A model generated the notes under the pieces. The model saw only the letters and a list, made by a program, of their open reading frames with translations, ran no database searches and was not told the DNA's origin. The position numbers and the translations under genes are program-made. This document shows positions 35,240 through 48,326 of a stretch of 64,000 bases of DNA, piece by piece. The DNA lies in contig CM097885.1 of NCBI GenBank assembly GCA_044892525.1, positions 18,912,001 to 18,976,000 on the forward strand, given 5' to 3'. Numbering within the stretch: position 1 is the stretch's first letter; the number at the start of each line of letters is the position of its first letter. The DNA is from Schmidtea polychroa (lineage: Eukaryota).

Positions 35240-36660
35240 TTTTTATATTGTTACTTGTGATAGTACACTATTTTTATGTTGTTATAGTATTTTTATGTTA
35301 CATGTATTAGTATAATATTTTTAATATCACACTAATTAGTACACGTTTTAATTAACTAATTTGCAATACATCTGCAATACATATGCAAACCATGTATGAC
35401 TCACATACAAAGGTCACAAAGGTAAAGGCCACATACAAAGGTCACACACGAAGGTCAATGACACATGCATGTTGTTTGCAATACAAATGCATTAATTTGA
35501 TTGGTTATACACAAGTATAAAAGAGAGATAAAATGACATCATAGTCATTATTTTTAAAAAATGCAATCCAAGAAGAACGTTTTTGGTGAGAAAACATTTT
35601 CTAATTTATTGAAAGAAACAAGCCCAATTAAGAAAATAACTGAGACGAAGCATGCCAAGAATGATGTGAAACCAGTACAAATGTATCATAACCATAAGAT
35701 ATATTTCTTGGTAGACGAAATTCCATATAAATTCTCAAATGCAGTCAAATTGATCAAGTCGCAATATTCAAGTTTCATTGCTCATATAACAAAAGAAGAT
35801 GTTGTTGCAGTAAATAAAGTGTTGGGGAAAATCAATAAGAATCTAAGTTGCAATGGAAATATAATCATCAACAATCGAAATTCTCGTTTTCATGATGGCT
35901 TTGAAGAAATTGAATATAAAGATGGGGAAAGCTGGTTTGTAAATATTTCAATACAGGGATATAAAATGGATGAGAAAGATGTCATATCACCGATTTGGAA
36001 ATTAGATAGTGCTCGAATTTCTCTGGGATTTTAATAAATGTTTAGTTTTTAATACATCTTTTAATATGTCTTTTAATATAATTATTTACTATGAGTTAAG
36101 TATAGATGAATAATTTGTATTTTTTAAAAGTTGAAAATATGTGTGTATGTAAAAGTTGGCTGAAAAATACATTGTTTAAGGTGTTATGATTATGAATTTG
36201 AAGTAAATAATGATGTCATTTTATAGAGATTAAAATTCTATCTATATATTGTTTGAGTGAACATATCTCAATTTGTTTAAAAAGATGTGTAAATTTAAAA
36301 ATGGTGTACTAAAAATGAAATTTCAGAATTTTGATTACATCATAGTCTCATTTAACAGAGAATTAAATTTCAAGTATAATGACATAAGAAATTCTTATAA
36401 AAAATTAAAATCAATGACGTAATCAACGTTTTAAAAAATTTTAAAATTGTTACATAATCGGTAATTAAAGAAAATCACAATATTACGTAATCAATAATTA
36501 AAACAAAAATTTTACGTAATCGATGATTAAAACAAAAAAATAAAATTATTACGTAATCGATGATTAAAACAAAAAATAAAATTAAAAAAAAATTATGGGG
36601 GGGGGTCTTTTAAAAAAAACAGGGGGGTATCTGGATCTAGAGTGCACATAACTACCTACT
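35240..36660. repeat. Right terminal inverted repeat of the Maverick
   Basis: Reverse complement of 17360-18811. Confidence 0.95.
35561..36034 (+). CDS. 157-aa protein in right TIR (second copy)
   Basis: Near-identical to 18017-18490. Confidence 0.75.
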   Translation: MQSKKNVFGEKTFSNLLKETSPIKKITETKHAKNDVKPVQMYHNHKIYFLVDEIPYKFSNAVKLIKSQYSSFIAHITKEDVVAVNKVLGKINKNLSCNGNIIINNRNSRFHDGFEEIEYKDGESWFVNISIQGYKMDEKDVISPIWKLDSARISLGF

Positions 36661-36758
36661 AATGATAATTCAGGGACTATTTTTATATTTGAAAATTCAA
36701 TCATTTTTTTAAATATATACATCGCAGCAACAGGCTTAAGTTATTATTTGATTGTTTA

Positions 36759-36761
<3 letters not shown>

Positions 36762-36850
<89 letters not shown>

Positions 36851-36866
36851 TTTTATTATTATTATT
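36762..36866. repeat. (AAT)n followed by (ATT)n, self-complementary microsatellite
   Basis: Repeat orientation flips at ~36791. Confidence 0.9.
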
Positions 36867-37449
36867 AAAAAATTTAAAATGGAAAATAAAGTTTTAAATC
36901 CTTTATTTATTTTTTACAAACCCAAGAAAATTTTAAAATTAAATTAAAAAAATTCTAGAATTTCATTTTCTGTTACTTCCATCATAAAATCAACACATTC
37001 ATGGATTCAGCTAATTAATTTAGAGAGGACATATAAAAGCAATTTATTTAAAGACAGGATCTAATTAATTTAACATAATATCGAAATTAATATTTAAAAT
37101 AGAATTTTTTTTCAATTTATTGCCTCAAAACAAACAGATTTTCAATTTTTCAAAAGTAATAATATAATTTATTGGCTAAAATAAAAATCTTTATTGGAAA
37201 AATGTAAAAATGAAACTTTCAAGTTTGCATAAAAGACAATAAAAGATACCGAATATAAATTGAAGAATCCTTTTAATCCGCGCGTTGTTTTATTGCTTTA
37301 AATGAATTTTTTGACCTCTTATTGACCTTTGTGAACCTTGTTTTCCATTCACCAATGATTAGATGTGCAAATAGAGTGGCTTCAAGACGACTAGACTGCT
37401 TTATTGGTCTCTCGTTTACTTAGCTTGTCAAAAGAATAAAAAGAATATT

Positions 37450-39024
37450 ATTATGGGCCCCAGTAATTTGTTTAGATGCAGATAAAGAATGCTCAAACAC
37501 CCGGAAGTTATGATATTCAAAAGGAATCAGCAACTCATTTAGCCTTTTCACTACGAAATGGGATGCAAGTATTCATTAAAACCCTCACAGAAAATGATTA
37601 CTCTTGAAGTTGAGTCTAGTGATACCTTTAAAATTATAAAATTTCATATATAAAATAAAAAATGTATTTCACCTCATCAACAAAGCATAATTTTCTCAGG
37701 TAGATAATTAGAAGATGAAAGTAAAATACTGGATTATAAAATTCAAAAAGATTCAACTTTACATTTAGTTTTACTGCTAAAGTGAGGTAGTGGGGAAGAA
37801 GGTTTAAAGAATTAAATGCTCAAGATGTCATCAAAGGTGTCATTACCGCATCACCAGATTGAAAAACCAATTAAAGTTGGACATGAAAAACAAGAATGCC
37901 AACCAGGTTTACGAAAAATATGGTAATGAATTTGAGACAGTGTCCGACTGGCTCAAGAATTTGAAGGATACCGTAGAGAATTTAGGAAAAATAGTTAAGA
38001 AATTGAAATATGAACTGAGTGAGCAAATTGATCACAGTAAGAATCACAAGACAGGATTATCTATGAATTTAAGCACGAGACAGAATATGTTCTAACCTTA
38101 GAAAAAATGAAGAAGTAAAAAGTTGAAAGAATATACCTTTTAAAGATCTACCTTCGATCGGGCGTGCAGAAACTTTCTTTATGATTTCAAAGCTTTTAGG
38201 CCAATTAGAACAAGGAAAAACTATAAACATAATCCATTTTAACAGAAACCTTGATTGTTAGGTTAGAGGCCATGGAAAGGAGCGCTGAATTGGATCGTGG
38301 CTTCATTCACAAAAGATTAATCCAGAAGATGACGAAATGAATGCAAGATGAATCAGCTATTGCATTAAAGAATTGCAGATAAAGTAAAGAAGATGGAGTC
38401 GAGAATTTGCAAAACTGGTTGTAAGAAAAATTACAGAGAATGATATTAATCGAAGAGATCAAACAAAACAGACTATTATAAAAGTCATATGATGAGAAGA
38501 ATCTCGAAAGATCTTCCTATTCAGAATCAAGGTCTCATTTAGTTTTAGATGAAACATAAAAATAATGTAGAATGTTTTTATTAAGCGGAGACCGCTTGAA
38601 AAAGAATTTCTAACATCTTCAAAGGTACAGTAAAAAATCAAAAGTACGGAATTGATGAAAAATCACCATCTGGATGACTGCAGCAGAGATAAATACCTTT
38701 TATTGCTTTTAATACTTGAGATAAAAGGTATTCAAAACCGAGTCATAAAATCCGTCTGTATTTTTGAGTATTTCAGAAAATTATTTGGACCTACGGGAGA
38801 AATTGAATAAGCCTAGGAAAGTCCTCGTTAAACTAGAAAATGGAAACAGGCACATTATAGAAAATTCCTTGTTGAATGATGCCTGTAGGATAAGTTGCCT
38901 CAGTGATCGTGCAGCAGCAAAACTTAATTTTAAAGGAAAGAAAATCACCACACCAATAAAAGTCGTTAGTGAAAAAATTAATGGTAACTGCGATCCTATT
39001 GTAAGATTGACACCTCTGGGCTAG
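37450..39024 (+). mobile_element. Degenerate BEL/Pao relic (element 3) with tandem ubiquitin - Gag - protease remnants
   Basis: [37 protein letters not shown]...LDYKIQKDSTLHLVL (37509-37790, with stops and a frameshift); protease remnant LENGN..SLLNDACRIS and PIVRLTPLG matching elements 1 and 2. Confidence 0.8.
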
Positions 39025-39941
39025 AGCTTTGGTGAAGGACCAGCGGTAGGAAAGGTGTAAATATATTTGTTGATAAAAGAAATTAGTTAGAGGACCTAAC
39101 GATCATCATATAGCAGCTGTTAAAAAGGAATTATTTTCAGTTAATGAAGTCAATGAAGGATTCATGCCATGAAGCTATTGAAAGAGGAAAGAAGAAAATT
39201 GATGAATTTGTCAATAAAAAAAAGAAAAATAAAATTAAAAGGTTAAATAAATGGAAACAAAACGGTAAAACGGAGGCAGTTGAACAAATAGAAAGAATAA
39301 TTACTCAGTTGCAAAATACTACAAGAAAATTAAAAGATTTAGGAAATTGTTACGCTGTATAACTTAACCATAGAGAATGCGACAAAACTAAAAAATGCAC
39401 AAAAAGATGTTTGACTCAATACTAATACCCTTCCAAATATTATATATTTGGTTGCATTAAGAATTAAATTATTGCATTCTAAGGCAACCGAACTTATTCA
39501 GACATCCAAATGAAAAAAAGTATTTGTCAAAATCAAGGAAAAATAAATGAAGCATGGAACAACCTAAAGTACAAAATCGGAAAGTTACAAAATTGGATTG
39601 AAGTTACAAAAGATTGAATTTTAATATATTGTGTAAATTTCTAATTTTTTCTTGTATTTAATAACAATATTATATAAACTTTCCAAAGTGCGGGGCTAGG
39701 TGCGGTTGCACCTTCGTACACCCTATCAAGCCGGCTTTGTTCTAATGGGTTCTTCAAAGTTTCCTTATACAGCATATATAACACGTATATACATTGACGA
39801 TAACATAATAACTATATATAATTATAACACGTATATACCTAAGAGTTCATAACACTACGAAGGAGAATTGAGAAATCAGCAGAAAAATGAACAAGAGATT
39901 TCGTTTTAATTATTGAAACAAAGATTACGAGGAGTCAATGT

Positions 39942-40660
39942 CAGAGCTGTAGCTAGGGAAAATGGCGCCCGGGGCGAGATTGAAATTTAGTACTCCTGTT
40001 GCCAAAAGAATCCACCACTCCCATTAATTATGTACTTACAGGAATGGAATTGGTCTTGAAGAGTCAAATTAAGATGCAAAGCTATACAATGCTTAACCAA
40101 ACTTATATTATAACGAAAACCAATTAATTATAAATATTTATTATACATGTGTATATACATTAATATTGAAAATTTATTTACTCCGTATTTATTAAACCTG
40201 AGTTCAGAGTTTTGATCATTAAGTTTCTATTAAGGTTACTATTATAATATATTTGAAAAGATCAAGTGATCAACTTTAACATTTAATATTGAATTCTAAA
40301 TAAAAGAAATTAAAGATAAATTAAATTAAAGATTATCATCAATTGTCCTTCCTTCTTTCAAACGATTTTCAAGATCTTTCCAGGCTAAGTAGCATTTTCT
40401 ATGTTCAAAACTGTTTTCATGATCAGCCACCTTCGGATTTAGTAGCCCGTTTGCAAAAACATTTAGATAGACCAGCAAAAAAGTGTTGTTTTAGTTTAAC
40501 TTTTGAAAACAGTAAACATGGAAAGCAGATTATAAAAATTTTAATATGAAAAAAAGATAGAAAAGCAAAAAAAATTTAAATGATTATTTCACAGTTTTGG
40601 CGCACTTCGACTCGGCGCCCGGGCGGTCGCCCCATTCGCCACCTCCTAGCTACGGCTCTG
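39942..40660 (-). mobile_element. Non-autonomous hAT (Tip100-like) element
   Basis: TIRs CAGAGCtGTAGCTAGG / CCTAGCTACgGCTCTG; minus-strand remnant WKDLENRLKEGRTID; TSD only partly conserved. Confidence 0.75.
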
Positions 40661-41680
40661 GTCAGTACCAACAATTTTAATAGCATGATTCATAGCATTT
40701 GGAAATATCCGTTACTAAAACACACTGTATTCAAAATGAAAGAAAAAAAATAAAAATAGATCAATATTCGAATTTAAAGAAAAAATTTAAACGAAATGTT
40801 TTAGTTATGTCAGTAAAAGTTTCGAAGAAGAAAAGTTTTATAATTTTTACAAAATTGACAACTAATTATTTTTCTTTCTAATTTTTACTAATAAAAAAAG
40901 AAACAACATTATCAATTTTCTGCGAGACTTTATTTAGTAAAACAATCGGTAATAATTTTTTGAAAATTAAAAATTTAGTAGTGATTAATATTTCAGTGGT
41001 GTAATTATCATGAGAGTTTGTTTTAATGAATCTTTCGTCTTCCTCTCTATATGGTACACTTGTTTGCTCCATACTGGGAAACTCTCACATCGAACTGTCA
41101 GTAAGGACCGATTAAATTTTAATTATAAATATTCATTAACTAAAATACTTTTCTGAATTTATTAACAACAAATGTGTGAAGGAAGTTTCGATAAATGAAA
41201 AGAAAATATACATAGGAAAATTTATGTAATTATTTATTTTTGTTTATATAATTAAATTAGATGTTAATTAATTAAACTATTAATAATTTTTATTTTGGAC
41301 AAATACATCAAAAAACGTTTTAAACTGATTAATTTAAAAAAATGTTTAATTTTAACAATTTTCTCTGATTATGTTAAATTTTAAAAATCATATTTTTCGT
41401 AATTTATTAAAAAGTTGGTATAAGTACTCGTCATACAACAGTTGTATTGGTGTTTTGATTAATAATAATTAAACTGCATGTACTTCATAAATATTTTTGA
41501 TTATTCCATGTGCTTTACTTTTATATTTATGTGAAGTTTTTTAAGTTAATTTTCAATTAAAGTTTAATTAATTAATGAATTAATTAATTAAACTTAATAT
41601 ACAGTTAACATAAAATATATCTTTACAGAAAAAATATAGTAATTAATATATTTGCGTATGAAATGCAATGTAATTTCCAA

Positions 41681-42207
41681 ATAATAATTTATAATAAATT
41701 AATTAAATAACCAGGTCACTATGATCTTGATATTTGATGACTGATGTGGGAATATTTGTGTGTAATGAAGTGAAATATGTGTGTATCTGATCTGTATCAA
41801 TAATATCACTTAAAATAATAATACTGAATTTTCTAGATTATTCTTCTAACGTGACGACCACGCCAGGATTTCAGAACTATATCAAACAACTAAATCAATT
41901 ACTAACAGACGGAGATTTTGAAATTTTATTTTTGATGATAATAATTTATAAATAATAATTTATAATAAATTAATTAAATAACCAGGTCACTATGATCTTG
42001 ATATTTGATGACTGATGTGGGAATATTTGTGTGTAATGAAGTGAAATATGTGTGTATCTGATCTGTATCAATAATATCACTTAAAATAATAATACTGAAT
42101 TTTCTAGATTATTCTTCTAACGTGACGACCACGCCAGGATTTCAGAACTATATCAAACAACTAAATCAATTACTAACAGACAGAGATTTTGAAATTTTTA
42201 TTTTTGA
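41681..42207. repeat. Near-perfect tandem duplication, period 271 bp
   Basis: CCAGGTCACTATGATC... at 41711 and 41982. Confidence 0.92.
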
Positions 42208-42479
42208 ATTGAAGAGATTTAAAAAATCAGTCAACTTATCAACTTAAATTGTTTAAGAGCTTCAGAAATTATTACTAGTACTTCTTAATGAAACTCAGTG
42301 CTGATCTAATTAAAAACTTGTTTTTATTTATCTTCATCCAGATTTGCATTGTATTTAACTACCAACTATTTTGGTAAATTCATTTTTCAACACTAAGAGT
42401 TATTATTAAAAATTAATAATATCTTGATACCTAGCCGTTTATACAATAAAAATTCCAATAAAAATTCCAAATAAAAATG

Positions 42480-42713
42480 CACACATCCGTTCGGTCAATT
42501 CTCCAAACATAGTCCACGTCTGTATGCGCACACCAAAATGGTATCAAATTTAATCACAACGCGCACACAGACGCAATAAAAATGACAAAAAAACGACGCC
42601 GTCCGCGCCTGTGTGCTTGACACAACAACCATCACAACCCCACACAGACGCGAGGCCGAATCCACACTGCCAGTCAGAGGGAGAAGTCATTCCCCCTCTG
42701 ACTGGTCGAAACA
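42480..42713 (-). mobile_element. LTR remnant (U3 end) related to element 2
   Basis: Minus strand starts TGTTTCGACCAGTCAGAGGGGG like element 2 LTRs; carries CGTCTGTGTGCGC motifs. Distal end not located. Confidence 0.8.
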
Positions 42714-44034
42714 ATATCCTTATTATTTTTTTTATTATTATTATTATTAAAGTGATGATTACTTGGTAGCAGCATTAATTGAAATTGAAAAGAACTATCT
42801 TATAGTGGAAATTTTTTTCATTTTTACTAAATAAATTATTCACAGCAAAAGGCTTAAATTATCATTTAATTGTTTTAATATTATTATTATTATTATTATG
42901 AAAGTAAGGTACTATGCAGTACTATGCAGGAAACGCAAAATTTTCGCGCCAATCAACTTCATTGCATGCTTTACCTGATAAACTGAATATCATATTGCTT
43001 GCCTTTTAGCTTGGTCACAGAAAATCTGTTAACTTGCAAACATAGCATAGGAAAAATCATATTCACCTCTGCGCACTAATAAAAATTAGTCCATGCACAG
43101 AAACTATTTTCAAGCTCATCCGATTACTTTTAGCATTGAGTTTTCAAAGTAAGGATAAAATATATTTTGTACATTGTTTAATACAAAACTCACTTTCATC
43201 ATGCATTTTTAATATAAGATTTAAAAAATTAAGCAACTTTTCAAATTTTAAATTTTTTAAAAGTAAAAATAAATGACTTAATTAAAAATTAAATTCATGT
43301 TTAAAAAAAAGAATTTTTTCTAAAAATGTTAAAATTAAAAATGAATTTTAATCTTTGAATTTTAAACTTATGAATTTATATTAAAATATTTTTTTAAATA
43401 AATGAATTTTGTATTGTACAACTGAAAAGTTGAATTATTTCAATTTTAGTATAGTTTTCATTCGTATTTTTATTGTATTTAAATGTTTTCGTAGGTGAAT
43501 ATTGCGATTATGGAATAATCCAGCTCTAATACTAACATTCAAAAGCTCAATTCAGACCAATGAAACGTATTCAGAATTTGTTTAATTGTCCAATCAGAGT
43601 TCTTTTCAAAATTTCATCAAAAGTATGGATAACAAATATTAGGTAATACATAACTTCTATATATAGTTTTTCTCATAATGTAATTAATTAAAAAAATATG
43701 AAAAGTAGAGTGTATAATTTGAGTAGCACGCACTTTTACATAGAAAAAAATTCTTAAGGGTTACAAAATGGAATGAGAATTATTTAAATAATTTTTAAAT
43801 AATTTTTCATTGGTCCAAATAATTTATTGATTTTAAAAATTAAAAAAGAAATAATTTTTTGATCTATGAAATCAGTATGTTGATGGAAAGGTTATCTTTT
43901 ATAACAAAAAGGTCTCGAAAGCTGATGTTTAAAAGTATCATGCAGAATTGTCTCATGAAGAGTCCAATTATTTTGTATTTACTAGTTTTGTTTTGATATG
44001 TTCATTGAGTCGAATGCATTACATTTTAGATATT

Positions 44035-44278
44035 GGTAGCGTTAAAGAATATGGGGGGGCAATTAAATATTAATTAATTAATATTTCAAAAAATTTAAAA
44101 AATATTGATAATAATAATAATAATAATATACCATTGTGACATGTTGAGTGTGACCAGTACCCTTGCGACCAATACCTATAGGGGGACAAAATATCTTATC
44201 GGATAAACTCTTTTTTAAATATAAATTAATTAATATCTAATTGCCCCCCCCCCCCCCCCCCAATTCTTTACTATTACC
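44035..44278. mobile_element. Small MITE with ~45-bp imperfect TIRs
   Basis: GGTAgcgTtAAAGAAT..G(n)CAATTA.ATATTAATTAAT mirrored at the right end; TSD not clear. Confidence 0.6.
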
Positions 44279-44863
44279 TAATTTTTAATTAATTTTTATT
44301 ATGATCAGCTATAAGATATGAAACTTTTCAATATATTTAAATTATTATACTCTCAAAAGTAATTATAAAATTATTACAACTCAAATTTCCTCAATTAGAA
44401 GACTATTTAAAAAATTATTTGTACTTTGGTTAATAATTTAAACAAAATAGTCCATGTACTCGGTACAGCTGAAATGATATTTCGTCTAACAAATAATTTA
44501 CATTATAAATGAACAGCTATTAACAGATGGAGAAGTTATTTAATCATATGAATATTTATTTCACTGATTATGAATGTTGAGGCATTATTAAACATGTTTC
44601 ACTGAATATTTCATGGGAATTATAATGAAATTCTCATTAATGGGAAAATTTCTTTTCAACACATGCATTAACATCCTTTATTCTTTTTAATTTACAATTT
44701 ACTTGATTTGGAACTTCATGAACAACGATATAAGAACGCTTTTAGGAATTTCTATTGCATCTTTATTTACTCTTTCTAACATAATAATTTCAATTATAAA
44801 TATTTTAAGGATAATTCATTAAAATTATTATTTTTAGAAATATTTTATAATAATAAAGTACAA

Positions 44864-45050
44864 TCTCTCTATATATAAAAAAAGCTAAGGGTCCCCTCCA
44901 ACCGAATTTTACTTTTTTTTATTTATTTATTTTTATTTATTTATTTATTTTTTTATTTTTTAAAATTTTTTTCCTGGATATTAACTTTAACATTAACCCC
45001 ACGTTCTAACGGGGTTGCTGAAGCGAAGTGAACAGGGGCAGAGCCCCTAG
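44864..45050 (+). mobile_element. Short non-autonomous Helitron
   Basis: A|TCTCTCTATATATAAA 5' end, GC-rich hairpin GGGGCAGAGCCCC, CTAG|T 3' end, no TSD. Confidence 0.75.
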
Positions 45051-45572
45051 TTTTATAAAAGAACATAAAATAAAATAAGTCAATGAATACAAACAAACAA
45101 AATATATGCACATAATTTAAACACAAATACACAAACTTGAAAATAGACAAAATATATAAGAATTTCAACAATGTTTATAACATCTAATAAGGTAAATTAA
45201 AAAAATAATTATTAAAAATACACCTAAACTTCGATTTGTGTCGTTAATTGGGACCGTTGAAAGACGACGCAAAACGAAATCATTTATCGTATGTTTTTAT
45301 ACCAGTTTTTCATTAATTGGTATCTTGTAGTAAATTTAATGAAAAAAAAATTTTAATAATAAAAACATGTTTTTATGTCATAAGTGTATGAATATTAACA
45401 AAAACTTTAATTCATTATAAATTAAAACAGTACATTAAATAAAAAAACTTAAAAAATTATTAAATTAAAACAAAAGTTCGCTAAATTCATAAAAATTATA
45501 ATTTTTAGATTTAACTTTTTTTTAAAATAAATAAATTTGTTTAAAATCCTTAATTTATATAGTTATTATATC

Positions 45573-45878
45573 CAGCGGTGAGCTATGCATGTCCCGTGGG
45601 GGCTCGCAGATGCCTTTGTTAATTTTTTAAAAATTTTGCGAGCCCCTTGTTGTTCTTTCAACTGTGATTTTGCGCTTCACTTCAAATTAAAATTTCTATT
45701 GTTTTAATGGGAAAACGTAAAATATAGAACTTTTTTTTCGTAAAATCAAAAAAATTTTCTGGACGCTTTTATATTTTACTAAAAAAGCAAATTCGGAAAA
45801 AAGCATTTTTTTTTCTGGACGAAAAACACCTAATTTTTTTTGCGAGCCAATTGTTGTTTTTTTCACAGCTCACCACTG
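45573..45878. mobile_element. hAT-family MITE
   Basis: TIRs CAGcGGTGAGCT / AGCTCACCaCTG, perfect 8-bp TSD ATTATATC. Confidence 0.9.
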
Positions 45879-47135
45879 ATTATATCCCACCTGATGATGA
45901 CAGAAAAACTGTCGAAATATATCGTGAAAAGAAATTCACAATTCGTCTTTCGATCAACATATTTCACACTATAGATGTTTCTGAAAACCATTCACTATAA
46001 AAAATTTTTCCAAATACAATTTCAGCTGGCGACTTCTTAATAGTTATTTGAAAAGGTCTTATAATTTATAAACATAAAAAATTTGAGGAAAACACATAGA
46101 AAAAATAGAGATAAGAATCTAAAAAATAATATTAACCCATTTCCCCCAAGATGTTGTAAAATATATAAATATTTAAAGAATAATACGAAATACAAAAAAC
46201 TTTAGTTTAAAATTACTGTTACTTACTTTAAATATTAATAAATACAAAAGAAATTTAATAAATTAATAATTTTCCGAAAAACAATCTTGAAATATTTACA
46301 AAAAATATAAATTGTCAGTTATAAACATTAAAGAGCTTGGATAATAATTTCCTGTTTTTATGAAATTAAAATACAAGCTCTAAAAGTTATCTTTAAAAAG
46401 TTATTTATCTGGAAACCATTCCAAAAATGATTGATATCAATATTAATAATTCAAGCATTAGATGCACACATTAATTACTACACCCGTTTGTATGGAATAA
46501 AACTTCTATAATATAAAAAAATCAATAAAGTTATTTTATCAAGAATTGCAAAATTACCTGTGTCTAAAAATTGAGTGCATGGAATAAAAATTTGTAAATA
46601 GAAATTTAAGTGGTAGAAAAAATAAATTGAACACTCAAACACCACACATAGTAAAATATCCATGTAAACTTTCGATACGTAAAATAGTTCATGGATTAAA
46701 AACTTTTAAAAAATGTATTATTCGGAAAAAAGCGACAGATTAAAACTGAGAAAATTAAATATCGCTGAACTCAATTAAAAAAAATATGACTTATCGAGAA
46801 AGAATAATTCTAATTAATATTGAAATTTTTAATAGAAAGACAATAATTAATTACATTAAAAGTTACACATTAGAATTATTTAATTAAAGAATTATTAACT
46901 AAGGAATTATTAAATAAAAGTCAAATGATAAAATAGTCAATACATAAATTAAATATAAATATAAATTAATTTTACTCATGCATTGAGTCAATCTAACACA
47001 CTGCAAAAATTTTATCGAGCAGAACCGAGCATAATTCATTATTCAATCAAACATTTTAGAAATTTGAGTTTTTGACTTCAATAATTTAATCTATAAATAT
47101 TTCATATACTAACACAATAAATTTATACCTGTGAC

Positions 47136-47369
47136 CAGCAATGGCGAACCTTTTTGACACAATTTAATATATTTTTTGAAAATATCAATCTACGGGTCAA
47201 GTATTATTTTAGTTATGATTTTATTTATTATATATTAATTAAATATATATTCGAATACATTCGTATGATTATTATTTTATAATTAAAAAAAACAAAACTA
47301 CTTGTGGGCCACTTGAATTCGTTGCGTTGGTCAATGTCTGACCCGTGAGTCATAGGTTCGCCGTCGCTG
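47136..47369. mobile_element. hAT-family MITE (older)
   Basis: TIRs CAGCaAtGGCGAACCT / AGGTTCGCCgTcGCTG; decayed TSD. Confidence 0.7.
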
Positions 47370-47496
47370 CCGGTAATTTTTCCAAAAATATTTAAATCGA
47401 ACTTTGATAAATACTTTAGTTTTTTTCAATTTTCAACAATTGAGATCACATTTTATTATAATTTCTCACAGGTTCTTCATTATTTTTATGTTTTTC

Positions 47497-47707
47497 TTTA
47501 ATGAGTTTAATAATATATTGTTTTATTTAATGTTGATGCTTTTTATGTACTGATGAATAGTTCGAGCACTTACATTTAATTGACATAAACTTTTATATTT
47601 TTGCAGTATATCCTTGTACTATTTAATGAGTTTTTAATAATATATTGTTTTATCTAATGTTGATGCTTTTTATGTACTGATGAACATTTCGAGCACTTAC
47701 ATTTAAT

Positions 47708-47793
<86 letters not shown>

Positions 47794-47812
47794 CAGTATA
47801 TCCTTGTACTAA
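47497..47812. repeat. Tandem duplication (~125 bp) with (TA)n expansion in the second copy
   Basis: Repeated TTAATGAGTTT..TGTTGATGCTTTTTATGTACTGATGAA..GCAGTATATCCTTGTACTA; (TA)~40 at 47710-47791. Confidence 0.9.
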
Positions 47813-48326
47813 ATTCTTTATTTTGATCCGTTCTTATTCAGATATTACATAGATTTGTGATAAGTTATGTCTCGCTGTCTTTTAGTTGAGGAATTTACTC
47901 TTATAAATGTGGAAGAAAATGCTATATCGATAAGTTCTTAAATTCTTTAAACACCTTTTCGTTGCAAACATTCCACTAAAGTTTTCTTTCCATAGCCTAA
48001 GGATCTTGAAAACAGTAAATATAATCTGTCAGAATTTGTCGTTTTGAAAATTGTAATTTTATGTGATTTATTGTGACTTATTTCACCAAATCATTTATGA
48101 AGTTTAAGTTTATAATTAAATAATAAGTTGATTCTAACTTATTTATTTTCATTACGACTATAGATAAAAAATTTATATTATGTAACACACATTTTCAAGT
48201 GTTACACCTAATTCCGAAATATGAGTTTCTATAATCTAGAAAAATATAGATATAGTTATAGTATAGAAACACACAAACTTACATGTGTGCAAAAATATAT
48301 TGTTTCAAAACTTAAAAATTTTTATA

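Larger units (their letters stand above)
17360..36660 (+). mobile_element. Maverick/Polinton (endogenous DNA virus-like element), defective
   Basis: Termini AGTAGGTAG...CTACCTACT, perfect 6-bp TSD AATGAT (17354-17359, 36661-36666), long TIRs, pPolB, retroviral-type integrase and packaging ATPase. Confidence 0.97.
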
